Below are positions 9,401 to 16,883 of a DNA stretch of 40,835 nucleotides, piece by piece. The stretch is taken from the NCBI GenBank assembly GCA_045863235.1, contig BTUM01000072.1, positions 1-40,835 of the forward strand. Reading direction: 5' to 3'. The notes beneath the pieces were generated by a model, which was not told the DNA's origin, searched no databases, and worked only from the letters and a program-made list of their open reading frames with translations. Source of the DNA: Candidatus Xenobia bacterium. GTDB taxonomy: Bacteria; Vulcanimicrobiota; Xenobia; Xenobiales; QWHO01. The first letter of the stretch is position 1; each line of letters begins with the position of its first letter. The position numbers were made by a program, and so were the translations under genes.

Positions 9401-9847
9401 CTGGCTGTCGGCCGCGTCCGTGAACCCGGCAGACACGATGTCATAGGCGGCTGCGGCCGATTCCGCGGGCCCGACGCCCAAATTCAGCTCCTGGCCGAGC
9501 GTTCGTATGCGGTCCGAAAAAGCCGCGAAGTCAGACTCGGACAGCTTCGCCACCGCGTTGACGTTCCGCATCTCGGCCTCGAAGGCCACCGCAGCGGTCC
9601 CGGCGGCCGCGAAGGGGGCTACGATGCCCTCAGCCAGCCCGGCCAGTTGGCCGGACAGGCGGTCCAGGTTCATCCCCTGGAGGCCGTCTGCAATGCCCCC
9701 GAAGGCGCTTTTCCCAGACTTCTCCACCTTGGCAAAGTCCAGGTCCACGTCCCCGGCGAAGCGGGCCAGGGTCTGGCGCGCTCGGGTGAGCGTTGCTTCC
9801 CAGCCGCTGGCGTCGAGCGCCAGAATCGCTTCAAGTTTCTCGGCCAC
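6464..9847 (-). CDS. Phage tail tape measure protein, TP901 family (PhageMin_Tail core), 1127 aa
   Basis: AFEAEMRNVNAVA...GKTTYEELAQSFGSVATIAAQNGVSLEELGASIALLTQKG...EAITSIRAAI core, Ala-rich hydrophobic middle, long coiled-coil C-half; AGGAGG RBS before GTG 9847. Confidence 0.93.
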   Translation of the reverse strand: MAEKLEAILALDASGWEATLTRARQTLARFAGDVDLDFAKVEKSGKSAFGGIADGLQGMNLDRLSGQLAGLAEGIVAPFAAAGTAAVAFEAEMRNVNAVAKLSESDFAAFSDRIRTLGQELNLGVGPAESAAAAYDIVSAGFTDAADSQEILAQSIKGAKAGLTDAKVAADVLTSSLAAYGLRATDAARVNDILFRTVDQGKTTYEELAQSFGSVATIAAQNGVSLEELGASIALLTQKGVKTPEAITSIRAAIVALGSPTNEAIKMQQKFGLQINQASLKNQGLVASLNQVIKATGGNSTALRQILGDVNGLNAALGLAGDGGLRFAGILGNMESAAGATDKALAQQQKSFQANLDKFNAALERAGVTIGNVFLPAASGLVQVATRMVDAFDALPGPVKTGTIVVATLTAGTLALGAAALGMVTAVASVASSIAALGGAAGVAAVAGNAFAAAEVAMAVATVDLSAGVALLTVGFAAIAAAAIAAGVAFAVYTKILQDVEAADRALLEIEERRAKALRENGDLLRESAAELQRSGKSSKDLVYVIGGLQDQLEAARRAGNEPLVGKLEAQIRDAQGLKKELAGLEGAQKSASSAAVAGSQQALDADKERKEALSQELHEIELSNRSIRDKIKLLGALAAQYRLEGDERRRVESQIARLEEQLRKQELAGTQQVFDANQKLADAKITALEKELSAGKNVAKQLEAAIQRRTQLEVNAVRARANAELEGEADPALQAQIREKAELEVQTILQKGENSLAEVRKAADDATLRRAKEQNEMEQEKLQLRQEQIGVALEGLDKEAARGRDVFEQQKKLIQERTALAVQAAKKEADAAAQEAQDPATKAAAVENGRLQVQGLEQQGEQEVQDLIQATADQKREVAQDELAVTKQIRDLHLRALKEQAEAGKNVASQIKQELLERLALTEQEIRLRGEAEKAATSSAEQQALIEQRVQAEIQAARQETTKTIEETTKAIEAQQKAQESLSGVGEIQTFEQFLEGQSAQFGIGATRARIEQQKKANRGAGQGSFGIDTSLTQLESASRLGEVAKASKGAALGGGADLAAAASRAARVPVQVQSKVDVSVQVSVDPKTGKLMAREEKREVTANGRGSSFEDAAANMSPRGNLGSI

Positions 9848-10094
9848 GGCGCCCCTCCTGGTCACTGGCCTCGCGGGCCTGGTTCAGGCTGTGCTGTAGC
9901 TCGCGGGCTTGCTGGCGGGAAAGCCCGTCAACCACCACGCCCCGGCCGTCCCACATGACGCACCCGGCGCCAAAAGCACGGAGCGCCTCCATGACGCACT
10001 GGCGTGCCCGCCAGCAGGTATCCCAGTAAATCCCCGGCTCAAGCCGGCAAGCAACGGCCCAACCTCGGCCCTGTTGGCGCGACAAAACGATCAT
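9831..10094 (-). CDS. Hypothetical protein, 87 aa
   Basis: ATGA coupling at 10094; its 3' end contains the tape measure RBS and start. Confidence 0.6.
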   Translation of the reverse strand: MIVLSRQQGRGWAVACRLEPGIYWDTCWRARQCVMEALRAFGAGCVMWDGRGVVVDGLSRQQARELQHSLNQAREASDQEGRRGRET

Positions 10095-10198
10095 CGGGGG
10101 CCTGCTGCCCGCGCGTAGCGAACCGGCCGCGGTCTGGTGGGCCACGGCAAGACGATGAGGTGGAAACCCAAGAAACGAAAGCTCAGGCTGAGGCTCAT
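10091..10198 (-). CDS. Small hydrophobic/basic peptide, 35 aa (MSLSLSFRFLGFHLIVLPWPTRPRPVRYARAAGPR)
   Basis: ATGA overlaps at both ends fill the operon gap exactly; below the ORF-track size cut-off. Confidence 0.55.
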   Translation of the reverse strand: MSLSLSFRFLGFHLIVLPWPTRPRPVRYARAAGPR

Positions 10199-10677
10199 GC
10201 GAGGCACCGCCCCCGCTTTACCCACTCGACCAGGGCGCCAGCCTCAAGCATCGCCTCCACGGCGGCCTGGACCTTCTCCGCGAAATCGGCCCGCCCGCAG
10301 AAGGGCTCGAAGTTGCCCCAGCACGGCTGGCCCGAAACGTCGCGAATTCGGCCCATACGCTCCCACCGGTCAGCCTCGGCGCAGTAGGCAAAGAGCGCTC
10401 GGTCATCCCCCAGCCAAGCCTCGATTCGCGGCCCATAGCCGGCGCCGCTGTGGTCGAGCATGGCCACCTGCACACCGAGGTTCAGGGGCCGCAATTCGGC
10501 CCGAAGCTGGGCTAGAACCCCGCGGTTGATGGCGTCCACTACCTGCCCGGCTTGGGAAAAGGCCTCGGCCGAGCGGCGCTCCCTTTCATCGAGCTGCGCC
10601 TGCCTGTCCGTGTTCTCCGCGCTGCGCTTGTGCATGGCCGCCACCAGGCGGTCCAAAAGGGTCAGTTTTTCACTCAT
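10195..10677 (-). CDS. Hypothetical protein, 160 aa, N-terminal coiled coil
   Basis: GGAGGA RBS and ATGA overlap at 10677. Confidence 0.75.
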   Translation of the reverse strand: MSEKLTLLDRLVAAMHKRSAENTDRQAQLDERERRSAEAFSQAGQVVDAINRGVLAQLRAELRPLNLGVQVAMLDHSGAGYGPRIEAWLGDDRALFAYCAEADRWERMGRIRDVSGQPCWGNFEPFCGRADFAEKVQAAVEAMLEAGALVEWVKRGRCLA

Positions 10678-11243
10678 ACGTCCTCCGAAAACTTGGCGGC
10701 CAGGTCCTGGCCGAACTTCAGCCACTGCATCCGCTCCGAAATCGCGCCCAGGAGCCCACCACAGAAGATAACCGGGCCATCTTGGTGCTGGCTCAGGGGT
10801 TGGAACCCATAGGGTGCCTCGGCGCGGAGAGGCTCAAGACGGCGCCCCCCGGCCTCGATCGGCCTGGTAGGATCAACGCCATACTGGCGGGCCAGAGAGC
10901 CATAAGCGGCCCGGGCGTTAAGCAATCGCCCTTCCAGCGCCTGGAGGCGCTTGAAAAGGGGCTCGATGGCCAGCAGGTGCGCGTCGAGCTGGCGCAGCGC
11001 CACGTCCCTGTCAGCCCGGGCAGCGTCATGCTCTGCCCTGCGCTCGTCCATCATCTCCAGGATCGCTGCGTTTCGCGCTTCCTCCAGCTCTCGCTGGAGT
11101 TCTGCCTCTTTCAGGGCGGCGGCCTCGAACTGCTCCTCGGCCTGGCTGCCCTGGGCACGGGCGGCCTCTATCTCGGCCAGCACCTCGTTGACCCGGGCCA
11201 CCACCGCGGAAACGTCGGTTTTCTTGCTACGCTTGCCGAACAT
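10674..11243 (-). CDS. Coiled-coil protein, 189 aa
   Basis: TGATG overlap with the protease gene; ~110 aa of E/A/R/L heptad-like sequence. Confidence 0.8.
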   Translation of the reverse strand: MFGKRSKKTDVSAVVARVNEVLAEIEAARAQGSQAEEQFEAAALKEAELQRELEEARNAAILEMMDERRAEHDAARADRDVALRQLDAHLLAIEPLFKRLQALEGRLLNARAAYGSLARQYGVDPTRPIEAGGRRLEPLRAEAPYGFQPLSQHQDGPVIFCGGLLGAISERMQWLKFGQDLAAKFSEDV

Positions 11244-12379
11244 CAGGCGGCCTGCCGCAGAACCGTGGCGTCAGCCTGCCGCAGAATCGTGGCGTCAGGG
11301 TTGCTGGGCACGGTCACGATGCTTATTTCGCGGAGCCGAACCTCGGTGAAGACGACCCAGGCCTCATCGTTCCTGAGCGCCGCCTGCGCGAAGGCCGGGA
11401 GCGTATCGAAGGCTGGATCGCCCAACTGGACCGCGGCTCGAACCTCGAACCCGTGGCTTACTGCTTGTAGGAAGCCACCCTTGACCAGCTCCCAAACCTG
11501 CTTGGCCAGGGGGTTTTCCTCGCAGGCGAACCGCACGCGCGCCATCAGTCCGGCATAGGGGTCCACCCAGACCTGCTCGGCCCGGCCGATCACGACGGCG
11601 GGGCTTTCAGAGCGCCGCGCGTGTTGGTAGAGTACGACTGGGTTCTTGCGGTACTGTTCGAGCCCGTTAGTCCAAGCCCCGGGTAGGAACAGGGTGCCAT
11701 GCCGGTCTACGCTGGGTGGCGAGACGAGCAGTTCGGCCTCGAACTTCGCCTCGTCCAGGCCCCGCACCCCGCCCGAAAGGCTGCGCTCATCGCTGCTGGG
11801 AACGTCCCGGCGGCGGGAAGTGGCGCATACAGGGCGGCCACAGAGGACTGCCTCAGCGGCCCGCTCGAGGTCGGCCGGCCCCATGCGCAAGAACTCGTCC
11901 AGGCTGACCTGGCGCAGAACTTCCCCTGCTACAAAGGCATTCACAGCAGCCTGGAGGTGGCCAGGCACGGCGTCCAGCTCCTCGCGCATGGCTGCCACCC
12001 CTTCTCGCAGGTCAGCCCGGCGCTGGGCAGTACTGCGCAGGTGCAGGCCAAACCCGGCCCCGAAGGCCCGAACGATCTCCCGCCAGGTTGCGTCATCGCC
12101 CCGGCCGGCCCAGCGAGCTTTTGGCCCGGCGTGGCGTGAATAGACGGCGTCCAGATAGAGAGCACCTTCCTGGCGAAAGGCCTCGCTGAAACCCACCCCG
12201 GCCGAGGCCAAAACGGAGGTTACCGCCTCGAGCGCATCGCTGGAGGGGGCCAGGCTGAAAGGCTCCAGCTTCCCTCGCTCCTGGCGAATGCGGGCCTCGA
12301 CAATGCCGATCCTGTCGCGAGTCTCCACCACGTTGGGCTCGGGCTTCAGCCCCTCGAAGAGGCGGGCAATTTCTCTCAA
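11243..12379 (-). CDS. HK97-family phage prohead protease (C-terminal half) fused to an unknown ~190-aa N-terminal domain
   Basis: VDRHGTLFLPGAW...YRKNPVVLYQH...IGRA...GLMARVRF...AKQVWELVKGGFLQAVSHGF...LREISIVTVPSNPDA; AGGAG RBS before TTG. Confidence 0.88.
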   Translation of the reverse strand: MREIARLFEGLKPEPNVVETRDRIGIVEARIRQERGKLEPFSLAPSSDALEAVTSVLASAGVGFSEAFRQEGALYLDAVYSRHAGPKARWAGRGDDATWREIVRAFGAGFGLHLRSTAQRRADLREGVAAMREELDAVPGHLQAAVNAFVAGEVLRQVSLDEFLRMGPADLERAAEAVLCGRPVCATSRRRDVPSSDERSLSGGVRGLDEAKFEAELLVSPPSVDRHGTLFLPGAWTNGLEQYRKNPVVLYQHARRSESPAVVIGRAEQVWVDPYAGLMARVRFACEENPLAKQVWELVKGGFLQAVSHGFEVRAAVQLGDPAFDTLPAFAQAALRNDEAWVVFTEVRLREISIVTVPSNPDATILRQADATVLRQAA

Positions 12380-12396
12380 GTTTTCAGGCTCCTAGT

Positions 12397-12447
12397 AAAA
12401 GTGGCGGGGGAGGCCGGCCCGGCCGAAGTGGGGCCGGCATCCCCGCC
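12397..12447 (-). terminator. Long GC hairpin plus short U run between the sigma-like gene and the structural operon
   Basis: GGCGGGGAUGCCGGCCC...GGGCCGGCCUCCCCCCGCC-ACUUUU, ending just upstream of the protease RBS. Confidence 0.55.
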
Positions 12448-12487
12448 GAGAAGTAAGGAGGTAACCTCTCTACCCCTACACGTCAGA

Positions 12488-13396
12488 TCAGGCGTTTCGG
12501 GACACCCACGAGTCATAATCTGGAAACTTTTTCCGAAACGCCACCAGGACACGGTTCCAGGCCCGTTTTGCTCGCTCTGTAGCAAGCTCGTCAACGCCCG
12601 CCTCCTTGCCCGCCTCGGCCCAGGGAAAGCCCTGGATGTGCAGGGCTACAACCTGGCGGGCTTCAGGCTTGAGGCGAGCGAAAAGGCCCTGCAGAAGCTC
12701 GAGATGCAGCGGCGCTTCTTCTACCCCCGGGAGGGCGGAGTAAAGCGAGGACGGAACCTGAAGCGGCGGGATACTGTCGCCGTCGTCGCCGTCGTCGAGT
12801 GGGGCGTCGAGCGCCCAAACATGGCCCCGCCCACCAAGCCGCGTTGCCTCGGCTGGCCTCCACCGCCGGCCCCGGTTATCCAGGGCCCGCTGAAGCCACC
12901 TCGCGGCCGCGTCGACTGTCGCCGCCCGATCCCACCAGGCGCCGCCTTCGAGCAATTCTTGGGCCACCTCCAGCCGCGCGGCAGGCCCCTCCGAGAGGGA
13001 GCGAAGGGCCACCGAGCCTCCCGCACGCAGGGTTTCCCGGCGTTGTTGCTCCCAGTCGTCGCTAAACAGTTCGCGGGGCTCCACCGCAACACCGGCAAGG
13101 TAGCCAGGGCCTCGGGCCAGCCGTTGCCTGCAAAAGTCGGCGGTCAGGTCCAGGTTCCACCCCGCCCGAATGCAGCTCTGCACCTCGGCGAGGAAAACCG
13201 AAACTTCCCGGGCCCCGGCCAGGACTTCGGGCGCGCTGAGCCTGGCGGCGGCGAACTGCTGGCCCTGTTCCCACCTGGAGGCGAGGCCAGCAAGCTGGGC
13301 GGCGGCGGCCACGAGTTCCTCGTCGGCCCCTGCCTCGGTGGCGGCGGGTTCGGGCGCTGGGCTGGCCGGCGTGAGCGAGGGAATGAGAGTGGGCAT
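12488..13396 (-). CDS. Sigma70 region 3.2/4-like transcription regulator
   Basis: ALDAPLDDGDDGDS, then LFARLKPEARQVVALHIQGFPWAEAGKEAGV (region-4-like HTH); AAGGAGG RBS. Confidence 0.65.
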   Translation of the reverse strand: MPTLIPSLTPASPAPEPAATEAGADEELVAAAAQLAGLASRWEQGQQFAAARLSAPEVLAGAREVSVFLAEVQSCIRAGWNLDLTADFCRQRLARGPGYLAGVAVEPRELFSDDWEQQRRETLRAGGSVALRSLSEGPAARLEVAQELLEGGAWWDRAATVDAAARWLQRALDNRGRRWRPAEATRLGGRGHVWALDAPLDDGDDGDSIPPLQVPSSLYSALPGVEEAPLHLELLQGLFARLKPEARQVVALHIQGFPWAEAGKEAGVDELATERAKRAWNRVLVAFRKKFPDYDSWVSRNA

Positions 13397-13581
13397 GGAA
13401 GAGCCTCCTTTTTTTTAACGTGAGTTTTTACCCAAAAAATCGGGGCCGGAGTGGGGGCCGAGGACGCCCCGCGCCCCAGGGCTACCTTTTTTTTAGATGT
13501 GCCCCTCTGGGCCCATCCGCGAAGGGAGCCTTCGCGGCCCCCAGGGCTGCGCTGCCCTATAGGAGCCCCCCCCTGGGGTCC

Positions 13582-14015
13582 CCGGCCCCTGTCACGCCGG
13601 CCCCTGTCACGCAGATCGGGAGGGGTCCACTACCCCTGCACCGCCACGGGTGCCACGGGTGACCAGGCCGACCACCGTGCCACGGGTGACCAGGCCGACC
13701 ACCTGGAAGCCTCCTTGCGACCACCTGGAAGCCTCCTTGCGGGGGTTGAGGGGTCCACGCGGGGGTTACCCGCATAACCCCCCGCATCAAAAAACGGCGT
13801 GGTAACAGGGCCTGCGGGGGTTGCGGGGGTTTGCGGGGGTTTTTTGCTGCCCTGGCTCTTCATGTGCGCGTGGCACCCATGGTGTTCTCGTGTATGCGCG
13901 TAGGGTAAAAATAATACCCGCAAATACCCGCAACCCCCGCAGAGCTAGTATTCACGCCGTTTTTCGCTGCGGGGGTTCTGCGGGGGTTTCAGGTTTTTGA
14001 GGGGCAACCCCCCGC
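13582..14015. repeat. Putative replication origin: GCGGGGGTT iterons plus 15-, 27- and 22-bp tandem duplications
   Basis: Iterons at 13739, 13759, 13814, 13823, 13833, 13969, 13980; inverted at 13932 with degenerate inverted copies near 13776, 13913, 13923, 14006; directly downstream of the primase gene. Confidence 0.75.
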
Positions 14016-16483
14016 ACCTCTTCCAGTCGAAAGAGGTTTAGCTTGAGGTGGTTGTCCTTTCCGGCTGCGACTATTCGGAGGCCGTCAAGGACGCGCCCGG
14101 CCTGTTTGCCCAGCAATCGCCCCAGGCTGGCCGTCGGGTTCTTTTCGCTGAGGCTCGACAGGGTAACACGCTTTCCGTCCACCAGGCCGAAGAGTGCATT
14201 GGCCGTGACGGGGTCGGAGTCAAACCGCTCCTTCCAGGCGTGCAAGAAAGCGATCAGTTCGTCTGTCGAGGGGTCTTGCGAGCCCAGCCGGAAACGGGTG
14301 GCCAGAAAGTCGTTTCTCTCGATTAGCTCGAGCAGCCCGCCCACTACCTGGCTCCACTCCTCGAAGCCTCCCAGGGGGGCGAGGCGTGAGCCCGGCCTGC
14401 CTCTACTGAGCCAGGCCGCAATCCAGGTCAGCACGGCATGGACAATCTGGCCCCGGGTGGACTTGACGTGTAGCTTTAGCTGTGGGTGGCGAAACCCGGT
14501 CCGCTCCTCCGGGTGCTCCATCTCGGGGTCTATGCAGATCGGCACCGTGCGGCGCCGTATGTCTGGCGCTATAGCCACGTTGTTCCCGGTGAAAAGCCAG
14601 AGCCCGAGGTTGGGCACCGTCAGGTTCTCGCTGACGCCCAACTTCCGGTCGGTGTAGGTGGGCCAAGAGGTCAGCATAGCGGCAAGAACCGGGTGGTCGA
14701 TTGGGTGCTCCTGGTTGTCGCAGAGGTTCACGGCGTGGCACTCCGCCAGGGTCCCCAGCAGTTGCTTCGTCATCTCTTCTGAATTTGGCTTGAAGGCGGT
14801 GAGGTTGCCGGCCCGCTCATACCCTGTCGGGACGATGATGAGAATCTCGGCCAGCAGGGTCTTCCCGGCGCCTGGCCCCGGGGCGTTGATGTAGTGGAGA
14901 GGTAACGGGCCCTTGATCATTGGGCGCACGAAGGGCACGGCAATGGCGCCCAGTGCAGCCGTTCGAGACCCCGGCGTCCAGGGAAAATCCTCGAAAATGT
15001 CCTCAATCACGGCGATGGCTGCGGCAAGCTCTTCGTCGGTTGGGTTGGCCGGTATCGGAGCCAGGTTAAGGCCAGGATCGGGATGGTAGTAGATTCCCGT
15101 GCCGTCGTCATAGCCTGGCCGGTCCAAAATTCGCCCCGGGGGAACCGCAACCGGGACGCCACTCACCTGCACCAGGCGCGGCAGCCCCCACTCGCTTGAA
15201 GGCCGGGCGAGAATATGCTCGGTCAGCCACCTCGGCGGCGGCACTATTTCGATTCCCTTCTTCCCCTTGGTTAGGGGGACCATGGCAGTAGCGATTTCGC
15301 TACTGAGGCCCGCGGCGTCAAGATGCCGCACGAAGCAGTACCCGGGGCGGCCGTCATCTTCTTCAACGCGCACGATGCGGCGATTCGAGCAGAACAACCG
15401 CCCGGCCGAGGGCCCGCGCCGCAGAGCATCGAGCGCGTCCCGCGCTACATCCTGCACCGGGCGGTTGTTTACCAGAACCCTGGGGAGGTTTGCGGGCGCC
15501 CGAAGCATGCCCTCGAAGTCGGCCACGCTGACGGTTTCGGGGCGCCCCTCGGCGTGGAGCAGCTCGTCGATCCCCTTCTGGCCCTCCCAGGTTTCGATCA
15601 TCACTTGGCAGTGCTCCCCGTAGGCGTTCGCGGCGTCCAAGAGGTTGCGCAGCACCTTCGGGTTCGAGCGGAAGTCGGCGTCAAACGCCAGAAGCACGCG
15701 CGTGCACCCCAACTCGGTCAGAAGCGGCAGGGCCTGCTGCCAGGCGTCCACCCCGGGAACCGAGATGGTCAGGGTACCGCTCAGTTCGGTAGCCAGGTCA
15801 GCCTTCAGTTCGCCCTCGGTGACCCGGAGTGCACGGTCCGGCCCCAGCTGGGTGCCGAGAGGGACATGGGCCTGACGGCCAGGACTTGCCCCCTCATACT
15901 TCTTGCTGGATACGTAGGTGTACCGGTTTGGCCCGGCCTGGTTGGACCGGACCTTCAGGGCAACGATGCGGCCCGCGGCGTCCCGGCAGGGAATCAGGAT
16001 CCCCTGCGCCCCGGCAAGCGACCAGAACTTGCTGTCCTTGCCGGTGGCCAGGTAGAGGCCGGGCACCTGGGCGCAGACATGCTCGCCGAAGGCCTCGATA
16101 AGCTTCCGCGCGGCCTGCGCGCGCTCACGGGGCATGGTGCGGTATTCGCGGCGCTCGATCCCCTCAGGAGAATGGCCCCGGGCCAGGAGCCAATCGCGGT
16201 GCTCCTGGGCCAGGCCCAACTCCTCGAGGAGCCGGCGGTATACCCGGTCCAGGACCTGCGGGGGTGCGGTTTCCTTGCGCGGTTTCTCGGCCGGCTCGGG
16301 GCGTTCGCGCGGGCGCTCGTTCGCGAACGTGATCCAGTATGTAGCCCCGTCCTTGTCGGTGCGCTCCTTGCCCTCCGGCCAGGGCGCCTTCATGCAGATA
16401 GCTGCGTCCTCGCTGCGGCTGCACCACTTGGTGGATCCGCAGTTGACGCAGGGGGCGGCGGGGGTGACGTCGGTCCAGCTCAT
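13952..16483 (-). CDS. Primase-helicase-like replication protein: N-terminal Zn finger, DUF3854/TOPRIM-like domain, C-terminal P-loop ATPase
   Basis: PCVNCGSTKWC; VTEGELKAD...VPGV..W...LAFDAD...KGIDELL; Walker A GPGAGKT and downstream LCDN; ATGA coupling with xis. Confidence 0.85.
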   Translation of the reverse strand: MSWTDVTPAAPCVNCGSTKWCSRSEDAAICMKAPWPEGKERTDKDGATYWITFANERPRERPEPAEKPRKETAPPQVLDRVYRRLLEELGLAQEHRDWLLARGHSPEGIERREYRTMPRERAQAARKLIEAFGEHVCAQVPGLYLATGKDSKFWSLAGAQGILIPCRDAAGRIVALKVRSNQAGPNRYTYVSSKKYEGASPGRQAHVPLGTQLGPDRALRVTEGELKADLATELSGTLTISVPGVDAWQQALPLLTELGCTRVLLAFDADFRSNPKVLRNLLDAANAYGEHCQVMIETWEGQKGIDELLHAEGRPETVSVADFEGMLRAPANLPRVLVNNRPVQDVARDALDALRRGPSAGRLFCSNRRIVRVEEDDGRPGYCFVRHLDAAGLSSEIATAMVPLTKGKKGIEIVPPPRWLTEHILARPSSEWGLPRLVQVSGVPVAVPPGRILDRPGYDDGTGIYYHPDPGLNLAPIPANPTDEELAAAIAVIEDIFEDFPWTPGSRTAALGAIAVPFVRPMIKGPLPLHYINAPGPGAGKTLLAEILIIVPTGYERAGNLTAFKPNSEEMTKQLLGTLAECHAVNLCDNQEHPIDHPVLAAMLTSWPTYTDRKLGVSENLTVPNLGLWLFTGNNVAIAPDIRRRTVPICIDPEMEHPEERTGFRHPQLKLHVKSTRGQIVHAVLTWIAAWLSRGRPGSRLAPLGGFEEWSQVVGGLLELIERNDFLATRFRLGSQDPSTDELIAFLHAWKERFDSDPVTANALFGLVDGKRVTLSSLSEKNPTASLGRLLGKQAGRVLDGLRIVAAGKDNHLKLNLFRLEEVRGVAPQKPETPAEPPQRKTA

Positions 16484-16734
16484 GCGGCCCGCCCGGCTCG
16501 CTTACGCGCGCCTGCCACTCTGGCGCCAGCATCCTCCAGGACCTTGAGCCAGGCCTCGATTGCCGACCGCCTGACCCGGATGTGGGCGCGCGGGCACCTC
16601 TCCTTGTCCGCGAGGCACCGCAGTTCGCCCTGAGCGATAGCGCGCCGTACGTGACGCGTGCTGCGCTTGACCAGCTGAGCCACCTCCTCCAGGGTATAGA
16701 CCGGATCATTGAGCATTGGGATAGCTCCATCCAT
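16480..16734 (-). CDS. Excisionase-family (HTH_17) DNA-binding protein
   Basis: YTLEEVAQLVKRSTRHVRRAIAQGEL...IRVRRSAIEAWL; GGAGGT RBS; divergent from the integrase. Confidence 0.85.
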   Translation of the reverse strand: MDGAIPMLNDPVYTLEEVAQLVKRSTRHVRRAIAQGELRCLADKERCPRAHIRVRRSAIEAWLKVLEDAGARVAGARKRAGRAA

Positions 16735-16780
16735 GAAAAATTGACCTCCGTTCTTATTTGTCCAGGTAACGGGCAATGTT

Positions 16781-16883
16781 GGCCACTCGTGGCCCCCGAT
16801 TGCTAAATATCTTCAATTTTGGCCGTGGCCAAAACTACCGAAACAGTACCGAAACAACTTTGGCCAGAAAAAAACTTTCGGTA
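16781..16883. promoter_or_regulatory. Operator-like repeats in the xis/int divergent region
   Basis: GGCCAC-TC-GTGGCC (16781), TTTTGGCC-GT-GGCCAAAA (16817), TACCGAAACA x2 at 11-bp spacing (16836, 16847), inverted TTTCGGTA (16876). Confidence 0.55.

Noticed and set aside
13582..13740. Repeats as a mini-CRISPR or DGR template
   Set aside because: Adjacent duplications without unique spacers; no cas or reverse transcriptase; no adenine-specific mismatches
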